From a phage, in sequence record PX915676.1: a stretch of 64,000 bases of DNA; one strand, written 5' to 3'. The notes under the pieces were generated by a model. The model searched no databases. It was not told the DNA's origin and saw only the letters and a program-made list of their open reading frames with translations. The translations under genes and the position numbers were made by a program. This document shows positions 1 through 8,362 of this stretch, one piece after another. Each line of letters starts with the position of its first letter. The stretch's first letter is position 1.

Positions 1-3
1 GTA

Positions 4-201
4 ATGATGACTGTTCCTCTGAACACTCGTTACATTGCAATTGACAAGATGGGTTATGTATGGGCTTGGAAGATTAAGCCTAGCTATAACGCACTGTTTG
101 ATGAGTTTGTTTGTACTGGTACGTATAGTCCTACATTCTTAGGCTTATTTGGAGAGTTTGAAGGTCAGTATAAAATCATAACTCTCCCTGCTTGTGCTTG
201 A
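4..201 (+). CDS. hypothetical protein (possibly 5' partial)
   Basis: 65-aa ORF starting at ATG 4 next to window edge; no recognisable motif. Confidence 0.35.
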   Translation: MMTVPLNTRYIAIDKMGYVWAWKIKPSYNALFDEFVCTGTYSPTFLGLFGEFEGQYKIITLPACA

Positions 202-208
202 GGTTATT

Positions 209-373
209 ATGTTCAAGTGGTTTAAATATCTCTTCCATCTCCATGAATGGGAAACTGTAAAAGAGATTCGTTTAAATGTGTATGATGAGTTCGGTAAACT
301 AGAAGACACAGGGACTCGTTATATACTTCGATGTAAAACATGTGGTCATATCACCAAACGAGATATGATCTAA
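209..373 (+). CDS. small hypothetical protein with C-terminal CxxC
   Basis: 54-codon ORF; GAGG Shine-Dalgarno in TTGAGGTTATTATG context; ends ...CKTCGH. Confidence 0.4.
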   Translation: MFKWFKYLFHLHEWETVKEIRLNVYDEFGKLEDTGTRYILRCKTCGHITKRDMI

Positions 374-381
374 ATAATTCT

Positions 382-457
382 GCGCTCTTAGCTCAATGGA
401 TAGAGCAGTAGCCTTCTAAGCTATTGGTTACAGGTTCGAGTCCTGTAGGGCGCACCA
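382..457 (+). tRNA. tRNA-Arg (anticodon UCU)
   Basis: Cloverleaf folds by hand: acceptor GCGCTCT/AGGGCGC, D-arm GCTC-AATGGATA-GAGC, anticodon stem GTAGC/GCTAT with loop CTTCTAA (anticodon TCT), T-arm ACAGG-TTCGAGT-CCTGT, discriminator A and encoded CCA. Confidence 0.85.
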
Positions 458-463
458 CATTTA

Positions 464-578
464 GGGCTAGTATGGGTGCGGCACCAGAGTTAGTGTATCC
501 CTGTTGAGGCAAGTGCTTTTATAACAGTGGGAATTGCTTTCTTAGTGAGCTTCTGGTTCGATTCCAGATAGTCCACCA
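464..578 (+). ncRNA. tRNA-like element (non-canonical; possible degenerate tRNA or structured RNA)
   Basis: Canonical T-arm TCTGG-TTCGATT-CCAGA followed by ATAGTCC-A-CCA that pairs 6/7 with GGGCTAG at 464-470, but 115 nt long and no canonical D or anticodon arm could be folded. Confidence 0.3.
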
Positions 579-597
579 AATCAAATAGGAGGTAGTT

Positions 598-879
598 ATG
601 AGTTGGGGTGGTGTAATATCCTTAATCTGTATCTTCCTTGTCTGCATAGCCCTTACAGGCTGCGTACAGAGCCGTCCTGATGGATGGTGTGCAGTAGCAG
701 TGGAAGGTGTTTGTGTTTCTCGCTGGCATAAAGGTGAGAAGGTTCCTTCTGGTGAAATTGATATGCGTTACAGTGGTATCTCATGTCTGAATGGTGCAGC
801 AGTAGATGAGGAGACTAAAACCTTATCCGATGCGCAGTGGTGTGGTGGCTCTACAGTTACCACTGGTAAGGAGTGGTAA
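598..879 (+). CDS. predicted lipoprotein (Cys-rich), early gene
   Basis: AGGAGG SD 5 nt before ATG; N-terminal hydrophobic signal VISLICIFLVCIALTGC with lipobox L-T-G-C; mature part has 6 further Cys. Confidence 0.6.
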   Translation: MSWGGVISLICIFLVCIALTGCVQSRPDGWCAVAVEGVCVSRWHKGEKVPSGEIDMRYSGISCLNGAAVDEETKTLSDAQWCGGSTVTTGKEW

Positions 880-880
880 T

Positions 881-1042
881 GTGACTATTGAAGAACTCAT
901 TAGAACTCTTGAAAACTTATCTGTTACTTGTGGTCCAGATGCTATCGTCTACATCGAAGAACCTTCAGGGAATGAATACCCTGTGAAAGAGGTTCTTGAG
1001 TACTCAGTAGGAGATCTTTCATCAGTAACCCTAAGACATTGA
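881..1042 (+). CDS. hypothetical protein
   Basis: GTG start 7 nt after AAGGAG SD, overlapping the upstream stop; 53 aa. Confidence 0.4.
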   Translation: MTIEELIRTLENLSVTCGPDAIVYIEEPSGNEYPVKEVLEYSVGDLSSVTLRH

Positions 1043-1049
1043 GGTGTAT

Positions 1050-1298
1050 ATGACAGCTCATTATTGGAATACAAAGAAGCTTCTTGAAGAGATGGCTGGG
1101 GGTAGTAGGTTCCAGTTAAACTCCATGCTTCGAATGGATGCCCGCTCTTTACGTTTCCAAGTAAAGATTGGTAACTTCAGTGATGGCCTTTATTATACCT
1201 TGAAAGAAAGGATTAAGAAGACTCACTTCATCATATATGGACTCAAACCGAGAACATATGTTAACTACATGTATTGGGATACATGCTACGATAATTGA
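1050..1298 (+). CDS. hypothetical protein
   Basis: ATG after TGAGGTG SD; 82 aa. Confidence 0.45.
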   Translation: MTAHYWNTKKLLEEMAGGSRFQLNSMLRMDARSLRFQVKIGNFSDGLYYTLKERIKKTHFIIYGLKPRTYVNYMYWDTCYDN

Positions 1299-1305
1299 GG
1301 TTATT

Positions 1306-1527
1306 ATGTTATTTGAAGCTAAGCAAACATTACCAGTAGTTCCTTTGTCTACACTTCTTAGTGGGAGTGCTTTTAGACATGATAATGGTTTTTGGATTAA
1401 GGGCGACCAAGAGGTTGGAGGGTATATTACCTGCATCAACATCTGCAACGGCGTTGTTGACGGATTTCGTCCAGCCGCTGAAGTCACCCCTCAATCCAAC
1501 GCAAAGGTTGTAGGTTTAGTTTACTAA
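1306..1527 (+). CDS. hypothetical protein
   Basis: ATG in repeated TTGAGGTTATTATG initiation context; 73 aa. Confidence 0.45.
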   Translation: MLFEAKQTLPVVPLSTLLSGSAFRHDNGFWIKGDQEVGGYITCINICNGVVDGFRPAAEVTPQSNAKVVGLVY

Positions 1528-1735
1528 GGAGCCTGTATTAGTTGTTTTGGTGGCGGTGAAGTAGATGACGATGATGACATGGAATCCAACGGTACATGTC
1601 CTGATTGTGGATGTGAGACATGGGATGGGGTGTCTGTATACCCTGCCTGTAGTTACTCACCAGTGATCTGTAAAACATGTGGAGATCAACCTTGTGATCA
1701 GTCCTGTTAGTATCTTGATTGTCTACTTGACAGGT

Positions 1736-1927
1736 ATGGTGATAGTTTCAGCTCTGATAAAATTCCTTGACGTAAAAGGTAGTGTGGAGTTCAGAGGGTG
1801 GAACAACGAACCAAACCTATCAAAGATAGCAATTATAGTTTTTCTATGGCCTATCGTTGCTGTGGTTTTTATATCCCTTGTCTTGTGGGCTGCCCTGTGG
1901 GATTTTATACTCCCTAACAAGAACTAA
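1736..1927 (+). CDS. small membrane protein (2 predicted TM helices)
   Basis: ORF frame open from GTG 1679; first ATG at 1736; hydrophobic segments MVIVSALIKF and IAIIVFLWPIVAVVFISLVLWAALW. Confidence 0.4.
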   Translation: MVIVSALIKFLDVKGSVEFRGWNNEPNLSKIAIIVFLWPIVAVVFISLVLWAALWDFILPNKN

Positions 1928-2143
1928 GAACTTATCGTGAAGGATTCTTACGAGAGTCCTTTGAGATAGGACTTCAGATCTCCTATCAAACTAACATTCA
2001 CGTAACTAGCCCATAAGGGCGTTACCCTTTAATAACCCAGCCCACTAAGGGGGCGGGAGTTTAGTGCTGGATTGGCTTTACGCTTATTCCTACAAAGGCA
2101 ACCGATTGTTAGATCTTACATGCAATATTAATTAATAGGATAA

Positions 2144-2174
2144 GGGAGGATTCGTCCCCTCCCCCTATTTTATT
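2144..2174 (+). terminator. rho-independent terminator-like hairpin
   Basis: GGGAGG-ATTCGTCC-CCTCCC stem-loop followed by CCTATTTTATT. Confidence 0.5.
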
Positions 2175-2222
2175 GAATCTTTATCTAAGCAAGTCTTATA
2201 TAAACGTTTAATTGGAGGATGT

Positions 2223-2534
2223 ATGAAAGCACGAAGAACTATATGGACTCCGATGCAGATTGAAAATCTTCGGAGACTAATCAAAGAGTACTCAGTTCAA
2301 GAAGTTGCTCAGATTATGAATGTAACGGAGAATGCTGTTAACACAGCTTGCACTAAATTCGGAATATCAAGAGCTTCAATCCGAGTTAAATGGTCTGAAG
2401 AAGAAGACCAGTTCCTTATCCGTAACGCTGGGTTCATGTCTATTCAGAGAATGGCTGACATGCTCGGTAGAAGTTATGCTGCTGTACAGAACAGGGCATG
2501 TATGCACCTTAATATTAGCCTCAAACTTAAATAG
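2223..2534 (+). CDS. putative DNA-binding protein with two helix-turn-helix (Myb/SANT-like) repeats
   Basis: Two repeats of W-x...L...IA/MA...R pattern (WTPMQIENLRRL..VAQIMNVTENAV and WSEEEDQFLIRN..MADMLGRSYAAVQNR); GGAGGA SD. Confidence 0.45.
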   Translation: MKARRTIWTPMQIENLRRLIKEYSVQEVAQIMNVTENAVNTACTKFGISRASIRVKWSEEEDQFLIRNAGFMSIQRMADMLGRSYAAVQNRACMHLNISLKLK

Positions 2535-2542
2535 GAATCAAT

Positions 2543-2791
2543 ATGAAAATCACATATAAGAAAGAGGAAGTAGAAGCAGTAGAGCTAAGCTCTCTAGCTA
2601 ATGGTTCTGTGTTTAAATTCCCACACAATAAAGATCTTTATGTGAAAGGGGTTGTTACCTTAAGTCCTAACATCAAAATCCCAGATAACCGGATACCTAC
2701 TCTCCGGCTAGGTGATGGGGTTGTTTCAGCCCCTCTTGGTCGTTGTCAGGTTATCCCTGTGTCAGCTGAACTTTTAGTGAGTGGTTGCTAA
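2543..2791 (+). CDS. hypothetical protein, paralog family A copy 1
   Basis: 82 aa; shares length and spaced hydrophobic/Gly pattern with the next two ORFs. Confidence 0.5.
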   Translation: MKITYKKEEVEAVELSSLANGSVFKFPHNKDLYVKGVVTLSPNIKIPDNRIPTLRLGDGVVSAPLGRCQVIPVSAELLVSGC

Positions 2792-3036
2792 TGAAAATCA
2801 TCCCAAAGAAAAAGGATAATACGGTACGATTGGAAACAATCATTCCCGGAAACCCCTTCGTGGTTCAGCACGGAAGTGCCTCTCCTCAGTATTATATGAG
2901 GGTTGAAAATGCTTCTTGTAACATCCGTATAGCCAGTGGCTGGGTTCCTGTAGTGAATCTATCCACAGGTGTACTATCTGTTAAAGGTCTTGATGATCAG
3001 GTAGAAATGATTCGTATGTCTGTGGTTCAGGAGTGA
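2791..3036 (+). CDS. hypothetical protein, paralog family A copy 2
   Basis: ATG overlaps upstream stop (TAATG); about 81 aa. Confidence 0.5.
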   Translation: MKIIPKKKDNTVRLETIIPGNPFVVQHGSASPQYYMRVENASCNIRIASGWVPVVNLSTGVLSVKGLDDQVEMIRMSVVQE

Positions 3037-3038
3037 GA

Positions 3039-3284
3039 ATGAGCACGATACATATTAAGGTTCACAACAAAAAAGAAAAGAAACTCTTTGTTAAAGATCT
3101 GTCAACCGCTGACATCTTTACTTTAAAAGATGATGACAGTCAGGTCATTTATTTGATGATGCCTCTATCTGGTGGATATCGCAGAGCAGTTAATTTAGGT
3201 ACAGGCGAACCTCGTCCTGTTTCTGACACTCTTGAAGTTGGCGAGAAGTTTGCCAAAGCAGAGATCATCTTAACTCCGATGTAA
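3039..3284 (+). CDS. hypothetical protein, paralog family A copy 3
   Basis: ATG after CAGGAGTGAGA; about 81 aa. Confidence 0.5.
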   Translation: MSTIHIKVHNKKEKKLFVKDLSTADIFTLKDDDSQVIYLMMPLSGGYRRAVNLGTGEPRPVSDTLEVGEKFAKAEIILTPM

Positions 3285-3517
3285 GGGTAAGTAAGTGAAA
3301 ACAAAAGCATATTCTTATGATGATATGATTAACCAGAAAGGCTTCGGTCAACGACAGCCTGACGGTTCGATTATCTGGTTTGTAAACGGACAGAAAAAGG
3401 TAGCTAAATAAGCCCTCTTCTCTCCTCCTTTTAGTACTATGACGCCTCTCTGTGGGCGGCCCAATTTGCGTAGGGAATTCCCTCTACGCAGCCATGACTT
3501 TTTAAGGAATTTCCCCT

Positions 3518-3751
3518 ATGTCTAAAGTAAGCGCAATCGATGCAATCCGTCAACCGTTCCAGTTCCAATCCAAATCAACCCAAACCTTCAGCGAACCTAA
3601 GCAAATTCGCTTGGGTGGCACGGAGAAAACTGTGTTTGATCTGGCTAAAAACAAGAGCGTTACCGTAGTTGATGGCGGTACTCTGGTTAACGTTTCACAC
3701 CGCATTCGCACTGGCAAAACTGCCAAAGATCGTGCTAAGAAAGGTGAGTAA
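3518..3751 (+). CDS. hypothetical basic protein
   Basis: AAGGAA SD; 77 aa, Lys/Arg-rich C-terminus. Confidence 0.5.
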   Translation: MSKVSAIDAIRQPFQFQSKSTQTFSEPKQIRLGGTEKTVFDLAKNKSVTVVDGGTLVNVSHRIRTGKTAKDRAKKGE

Positions 3752-3993
3752 TGAAAATAGGGCAACCAGCTAAGGATGTTCTAGCGAAGATTAGTGATAT
3801 CTCTATTGGGGAAGTTTTCTCAGCAGAGCACTTTTCAAGTTACTACATGAAAATCCCTGACACTAAAGTAGAGGGTTGCATCATCCCTGCCAACGCAGTT
3901 AACCTGAACACAGGACATCTATCTGCATTCAAACCTGATTCACAGGTTACTGAGATCAAGGATGCTTATCTCGCATTTGGTGGGAATAAATAG
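3751..3993 (+). CDS. hypothetical protein
   Basis: ATG overlaps upstream stop (TAATGA); 80 aa. Confidence 0.5.
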   Translation: MKIGQPAKDVLAKISDISIGEVFSAEHFSSYYMKIPDTKVEGCIIPANAVNLNTGHLSAFKPDSQVTEIKDAYLAFGGNK

Positions 3994-4181
3994 AGTAACA
4001 TCTATAGCCTTCTTCGGAGGGCTATATGAGTTATTCTGACTCAACTAACCTAATCTTAATATATTTCCCGTATGGGGCCGATGCTAGGGAGAGGAACATT
4101 CCTCGAACATCCGTCGGATAGATATTTTAAGAGCAGGTTATCCACAGATATTGGGTAATATCTTTTTTGGATTTAAAGCTT

Positions 4182-4206
4182 GGCTCTTTTCGGAGAGTCC
4201 TTTTTT
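4182..4206 (+). terminator. terminator-like hairpin with T-run
   Basis: GGCTCT-TTTCGG-AGAGTCC imperfect stem followed by TTTTTT. Confidence 0.3.
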
Positions 4207-4225
4207 AAATTCAACGAGAGGAAAT

Positions 4226-4378
4226 ATGTCTAAATTAGATTTAAAACTGCTAGCAGCAGCGGTAGTGATTTGTGCACTAGCACTGGTAACGCAGAGAACA
4301 TCTGGATTTATTCAGTGTTTCTTTTCTGGACAATCCACTTATCAGTGGGTTATTGACGAGTGTAAACAACAGGAGTAA
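4226..4378 (+). CDS. small membrane/secreted protein
   Basis: ATG after GAGAGG SD; N-terminal hydrophobic stretch LLAAAVVICALALV; 50 aa. Confidence 0.4.
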   Translation: MSKLDLKLLAAAVVICALALVTQRTSGFIQCFFSGQSTYQWVIDECKQQE

Positions 4379-4380
4379 GT

Positions 4381-4743
4381 ATGAATACACGTCCCATCAA
4401 GGGCAACGTTAATATTGAAACTCTGAACAAGGTTGCATCAAACCTCGGTGGAATGTCCAACGATGAGCTTGAGCAAGAACTTGCTTGGATTGCAAATGGT
4501 ATCAAAGTTGCTAAAGGTAAGATTGCTCGTGAGCAAAGTAATATGAAAGCTCACAAGTATATCATCCGTCGTGCAAATATGTTACCGGAGCGGGTTGTAC
4601 ATCTTGCCCGTAAGAACTACGAAAGTGCTAAAGAAGCCCTGCTTGAAGCAGAATTTCAGAAGCATCAATTTATGAACAACTATCGAAACTTCCGAGATAT
4701 TCTCTATATCCGTAAATCGATTGAGTTGATTAAAAACCAATAG
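4381..4743 (+). CDS. hypothetical protein
   Basis: AGGAG SD; 120 aa. Confidence 0.5.
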   Translation: MNTRPIKGNVNIETLNKVASNLGGMSNDELEQELAWIANGIKVAKGKIAREQSNMKAHKYIIRRANMLPERVVHLARKNYESAKEALLEAEFQKHQFMNNYRNFRDILYIRKSIELIKNQ

Positions 4744-4754
4744 AGGTTGGTATA

Positions 4755-5954
4755 ATGTTTCCAGTAACATTAGAAGATACTGAAGGTAATGTTTTAACGG
4801 TCAACCCCCCTTGTTATGGGTTCCTTCAACTTCGCAACTATAATGGCGGCGTTGATGAAAATGATGACGAAGATGATGACTACTTCGACCCTAACATGTA
4901 TGAGGCAACTCATGGATGGAATATGCACGTTCGAGTGTGGCATGAAGAAGCTAACGTTCGTAGTGCTGATGGGGAAGAGTTCCTGTTAAGCCGAGAGATG
5001 GATATGTGTAAAATCAAACATATCTGGAACTCTGGAACTCACATGAAGATGTTAGGTTTTAGACGTTGGCGTGATGAAAAGCATGTAGCTGAAGCTTTAA
5101 GTTGGTGTTCGTATGAAGATGAAGACACACCTCCCAAGAATAACATCGAACGTTGGAACGACAAAAACCCTGAACATCGAACCACACCTCGTGCTGTACT
5201 GGAAGCTATGGAAGCATTTGTGGACAAAGATCGTCCCTCCTGTTTACGCTGGCACGATAAAGGTTTTATGGGGGTAGCAACTGAGAATATCCCTGCTGAT
5301 CGTTGTCTGTTCTATTTGATGTTAGACCGAACCTTCTATTGTGAAGATGAAGAGAGTCAAGTTGAAACCTTCCTCCATAAATGGTTGGTTGAAGGCTGGA
5401 CAATCCTTCAGGCTTATGTTTACTCACGAATGGTTAGCACTTACACTAACCTCTTGGGTGAAACGAAAGCAACTCTGGTTGGTAACGATTGGGATGCTTG
5501 TATTTTCCCAGCGTCACTATTTACGGTTGGCATGGCTGATAAATACGCTGAAGCATTTCAAGTGCCTTGGCGTCAACAGTCATATAGAGATGGATGCGGT
5601 CACTTTCGTGATGAAGACTTTAAGTGGATTCATTATGAGAACGACGAAACAGCAGAATTGCGAGTTAACAACTCAATGTTCTTGCCAGTGATGCACCCCG
5701 ATCTAGTAAAAGATGGGTCAGAGATACTTAAAGGTGATAATCTTTTGGTTAACTTTACCCGTCGCGTGTCTAAAAATGAGAGAACAGCTAACAGGTTAAT
5801 CTACGGCATTCGTGCCGAGGCTAAAGACCTGTTCAACATCTACAACATTGTTCAGCGATTTAGTAGTGGAACTCTGGACCAAAGTTCGGAGTATTCAGTG
5901 ATTCCGTCCTCTGAGTGGGATGGTGTTATGAGCGGATTATTTTTAGGAAAATAA
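4755..5954 (+). CDS. hypothetical protein (first gene of ligase cluster)
   Basis: 399 aa; AGAGGT SD; acidic patch DENDDEDDDYFDP; no motif recognised. Confidence 0.55.
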   Translation: MFPVTLEDTEGNVLTVNPPCYGFLQLRNYNGGVDENDDEDDDYFDPNMYEATHGWNMHVRVWHEEANVRSADGEEFLLSREMDMCKIKHIWNSGTHMKMLGFRRWRDEKHVAEALSWCSYEDEDTPPKNNIERWNDKNPEHRTTPRAVLEAMEAFVDKDRPSCLRWHDKGFMGVATENIPADRCLFYLMLDRTFYCEDEESQVETFLHKWLVEGWTILQAYVYSRMVSTYTNLLGETKATLVGNDWDACIFPASLFTVGMADKYAEAFQVPWRQQSYRDGCGHFRDEDFKWIHYENDETAELRVNNSMFLPVMHPDLVKDGSEILKGDNLLVNFTRRVSKNERTANRLIYGIRAEAKDLFNIYNIVQRFSSGTLDQSSEYSVIPSSEWDGVMSGLFLGK

Positions 5955-5964
5955 AAGGTTAGTT

Positions 5965-6936
5965 ATGTCAATCTCCACAACGATCGTACCTCTTAACCTT
6001 CAACAGGATTTAGGGGAACAGAAGTTCTTAGGTCGTGGGTGCTTCGGTATCCACAACTACATGCAAGGTCAAGTCGTATATGATGTTAATGACGAATGTG
6101 TAATGGAAGATGGGCGCCATAAACGCTTCAACCGTGACATTAACTTGCAATTGGAGATGTTGAATTACTGGACCCACTCTTTTCATGGTCATGTTCCATC
6201 TGATATTGAAAAGAACTTGATTGAAACAGCAGACATTATGAATTCTATGTCTTGCTATCGTGATGTATTTACTATCACTTCAGCGAACAGTGTTGCTGTC
6301 AATCTTCGTGAGCATCCAGCAGATCAGATCTTCACAGGACTTATGCTCTTCCGTAGTATTCTGGAAGGGCAATATCGTGGAATGGATTTCCTAGCAGAAG
6401 GAATTGAAGACAGGGAAGAGTGGCTGAAGCGTAAACGCATCGGCATCGCTCTAGTGTTAGCTGGGTTAGGTCGTGACTTCTTCGGTGGGTGGTCTCAACG
6501 AGGAAGAGCCAATGGTAGTAGCGAGAGCACCTCTATTGTTATTAACAACAATATGTCAGCAGCAGCATTCCTTCCTTTGGTTGTAGACTCTGATGAATAT
6601 ACGAAGCAAGTATGGGTTCAAAACCCCTTCGGTGTTGGCGACAATGAGAATGGTTATGTTCGTAACCACAACCAAGATGCCTTACGAAGATTTGCTCGTG
6701 CTAAAGATCAAGACCCAGACGAGTATGAAACAATGTCAGAGTGGTTAAGACTCTGGTCCAACTGTTATGGTCACAAACGTGAAGCAATAGACGACAAGTT
6801 GGGAAACATTACGGTACAAAACTTTACAGCCCGACTGATTCAAAGAACTGGAGCAGATTCCGGTCTTACTCTTGAAGAAGTTGGTAACACAATCTCATCT
6901 CTCTTTTCTGAACTAGTGGAGTATTACAATGACTAA
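5965..6936 (+). CDS. hypothetical protein (ligase cluster)
   Basis: 323 aa; AAAGG SD; no motif recognised. Confidence 0.55.
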   Translation: MSISTTIVPLNLQQDLGEQKFLGRGCFGIHNYMQGQVVYDVNDECVMEDGRHKRFNRDINLQLEMLNYWTHSFHGHVPSDIEKNLIETADIMNSMSCYRDVFTITSANSVAVNLREHPADQIFTGLMLFRSILEGQYRGMDFLAEGIEDREEWLKRKRIGIALVLAGLGRDFFGGWSQRGRANGSSESTSIVINNNMSAAAFLPLVVDSDEYTKQVWVQNPFGVGDNENGYVRNHNQDALRRFARAKDQDPDEYETMSEWLRLWSNCYGHKREAIDDKLGNITVQNFTARLIQRTGADSGLTLEEVGNTISSLFSELVEYYND

Positions 6937-7735
6937 GCGCAAATTCCTCATCGGCTCTGACCCTGAAATGTTCGTTCGTACTAGCAACGGTATCATCACC
7001 TCTGTAGCTGGTCTATTAGGATGTTCTAAGGACGATAAGATCGCTCTGGCTAAGGATGTTCGTCTTCAAGAGGACAACGTACTGGCTGAGTTTGACATTG
7101 ACCCACAGAGCGGTTTTGAAGCGTTTAACGATAACATGCAACGTGGTATTGATCTTACTAACAATGTCCTGAACAAACTGGATATGGAAACAGCTCCGGG
7201 TGTCAGCTCTCACATCTTCACCGAAGAAGAGATGAAAACCTTTAATGAATCAGCGTTCATCTTTGGATGCACTCCTGACTTCAACGCTTTCACTGGTCAG
7301 AAAAACCCATCCCCAACTTCTCAGAATAAGGGACTTCGTACTGCCGGTGGTCACGTACATCTTGGCGTAGTTGGTGCTTTGGATATCACTCTGCAAACTC
7401 AGATGATGCTGGGTGTGTTGTGTGACTACTTCCTGTCTCTCCCAGCAGTAATTATGGACAAAGATACTCGCCGTAAAGAACTCTACGGTAAAGCATCTGC
7501 AATCCGTTATAAAGACTATGGTATTGAATACCGTTCTCTGTCTAACTTCTGGATTAGTGATCGTGAAAACCGTAAGTTTGTTTACGATCAGGTTGACAAG
7601 GTTGTTCAGCAGTGTGATATGTCCACTCTGATGGCATTGCACTCTCGCCTTCCGATTGAGAAGCTTCATGAAATCATTAACGGGAACAACGTTAAAGAAG
7701 CTGACCAGCAGATCAAACTCCTTCAGGTAGCATAA
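6929..7735 (+). CDS. putative amidoligase (glutamine synthetase-like COOH-NH2 ligase), copy 1
   Basis: Motifs GSDPEMF, GGHVHLG and GIEYRSL resemble the E-x-E / HxH / E-[FY]-R signatures of that fold; assigned by eye. Confidence 0.45.
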   Translation: MTKRKFLIGSDPEMFVRTSNGIITSVAGLLGCSKDDKIALAKDVRLQEDNVLAEFDIDPQSGFEAFNDNMQRGIDLTNNVLNKLDMETAPGVSSHIFTEEEMKTFNESAFIFGCTPDFNAFTGQKNPSPTSQNKGLRTAGGHVHLGVVGALDITLQTQMMLGVLCDYFLSLPAVIMDKDTRRKELYGKASAIRYKDYGIEYRSLSNFWISDRENRKFVYDQVDKVVQQCDMSTLMALHSRLPIEKLHEIINGNNVKEADQQIKLLQVA

Positions 7736-7744
7736 GAGGTTATC

Positions 7745-8362
7745 GTGAGCTTAGTAGCTGATTTTTCTCATTACTATAATGGTACATGGATTGCTAAACG
7801 AGCAGGCAATATCAACCTTCCGTGTTTTGTGATTGGTGTTGAGCAGAGCGGTAACTTCCGCAGTGATGACTTCTCGCATGAAGCAGAACAGGCTCTGTAT
7901 TTTGTTGTAGAGCAGTGGTACAAGAACGAGCATGGGAATCTCCGAAACACTACGATGAATATTCCAGTGTTTGACCCAACCTTGATTCTTGAATCACCTG
8001 ATGTTGGTTATCTGTTCCATAACGGTAACACTGTAAGCTGGACTCATATCAATCCTGTTCGTCAGAGAGCGAAGGGTTTGATGGGTAACAAGATTCGAAA
8101 CGCTCCGGGGATTGGTCGTTCGATCTCTGGTGAAATGGTTTACAGTCTGTTCAATCCTGAATTTGATGGATTGGTTACTCGTTATATTTACATCAATCCT
8201 ACAGATGGTAAAGTGCATTATAAAGGTGCACTGGTAGGTCAGGTAGATCTGGAAGCGCCTCGTGACTCTTACGGTCAACAACCGATGCGACTTCTGGAAC
8301 ATTTTCATCACATCTCTGAAAACCTTAGCAATTATAATATTACGTTGGTGGATTCGTTATGA
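7745..8362 (+). CDS. hypothetical protein (ligase cluster)
   Basis: GTG start after AAGAGGT; 205 aa. Confidence 0.45.
   Translation: MSLVADFSHYYNGTWIAKRAGNINLPCFVIGVEQSGNFRSDDFSHEAEQALYFVVEQWYKNEHGNLRNTTMNIPVFDPTLILESPDVGYLFHNGNTVSWTHINPVRQRAKGLMGNKIRNAPGIGRSISGEMVYSLFNPEFDGLVTRYIYINPTDGKVHYKGALVGQVDLEAPRDSYGQQPMRLLEHFHHISENLSNYNITLVDSL

Noticed and set aside
464-578. Second canonical tRNA
   Set aside because: T-arm and CCA end are convincing, but the element is 115 nt and no D-arm or proper anticodon stem could be folded, so it is reported only as tRNA-like.
195-1310. Repeated 16-nt TTGAGGTTATTATGTT as a mobile element or regulatory repeat
   Set aside because: Both copies are simply a shared Shine-Dalgarno/start-codon context of two small early genes; no flanking repeat structure.
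1149-1487. Minus-strand ORFs inside the plus-strand early/replication block (e.g. 1149-1487, 7250-7669, 10331-10588, 22873-23205)
   Set aside because: Each is antisense to a well-supported plus-strand gene, lacks an RBS, and fits shadow ORFs; the block shows uniform plus-strand gene packing.
2173-2204. Sigma-70-type promoter (TTGAAT ... TATATA) upstream of 2223
   Set aside because: The -35-like and -10-like hexamers are weak matches and spacing is ambiguous at 17-20 nt, so not reported as a feature.
3468-3489. Hairpin GCGTAGGGAATTCCCTCTACGC as a terminator
   Set aside because: Stem is clear but the T-run is short and displaced; it may be a regulatory or processing hairpin.
4003-4026. Hairpin TATAGCC...GGCTATA after the 3751-3993 gene as a terminator
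   Set aside because: 7-bp stem with a 10-nt loop and no T-tract; function uncertain.
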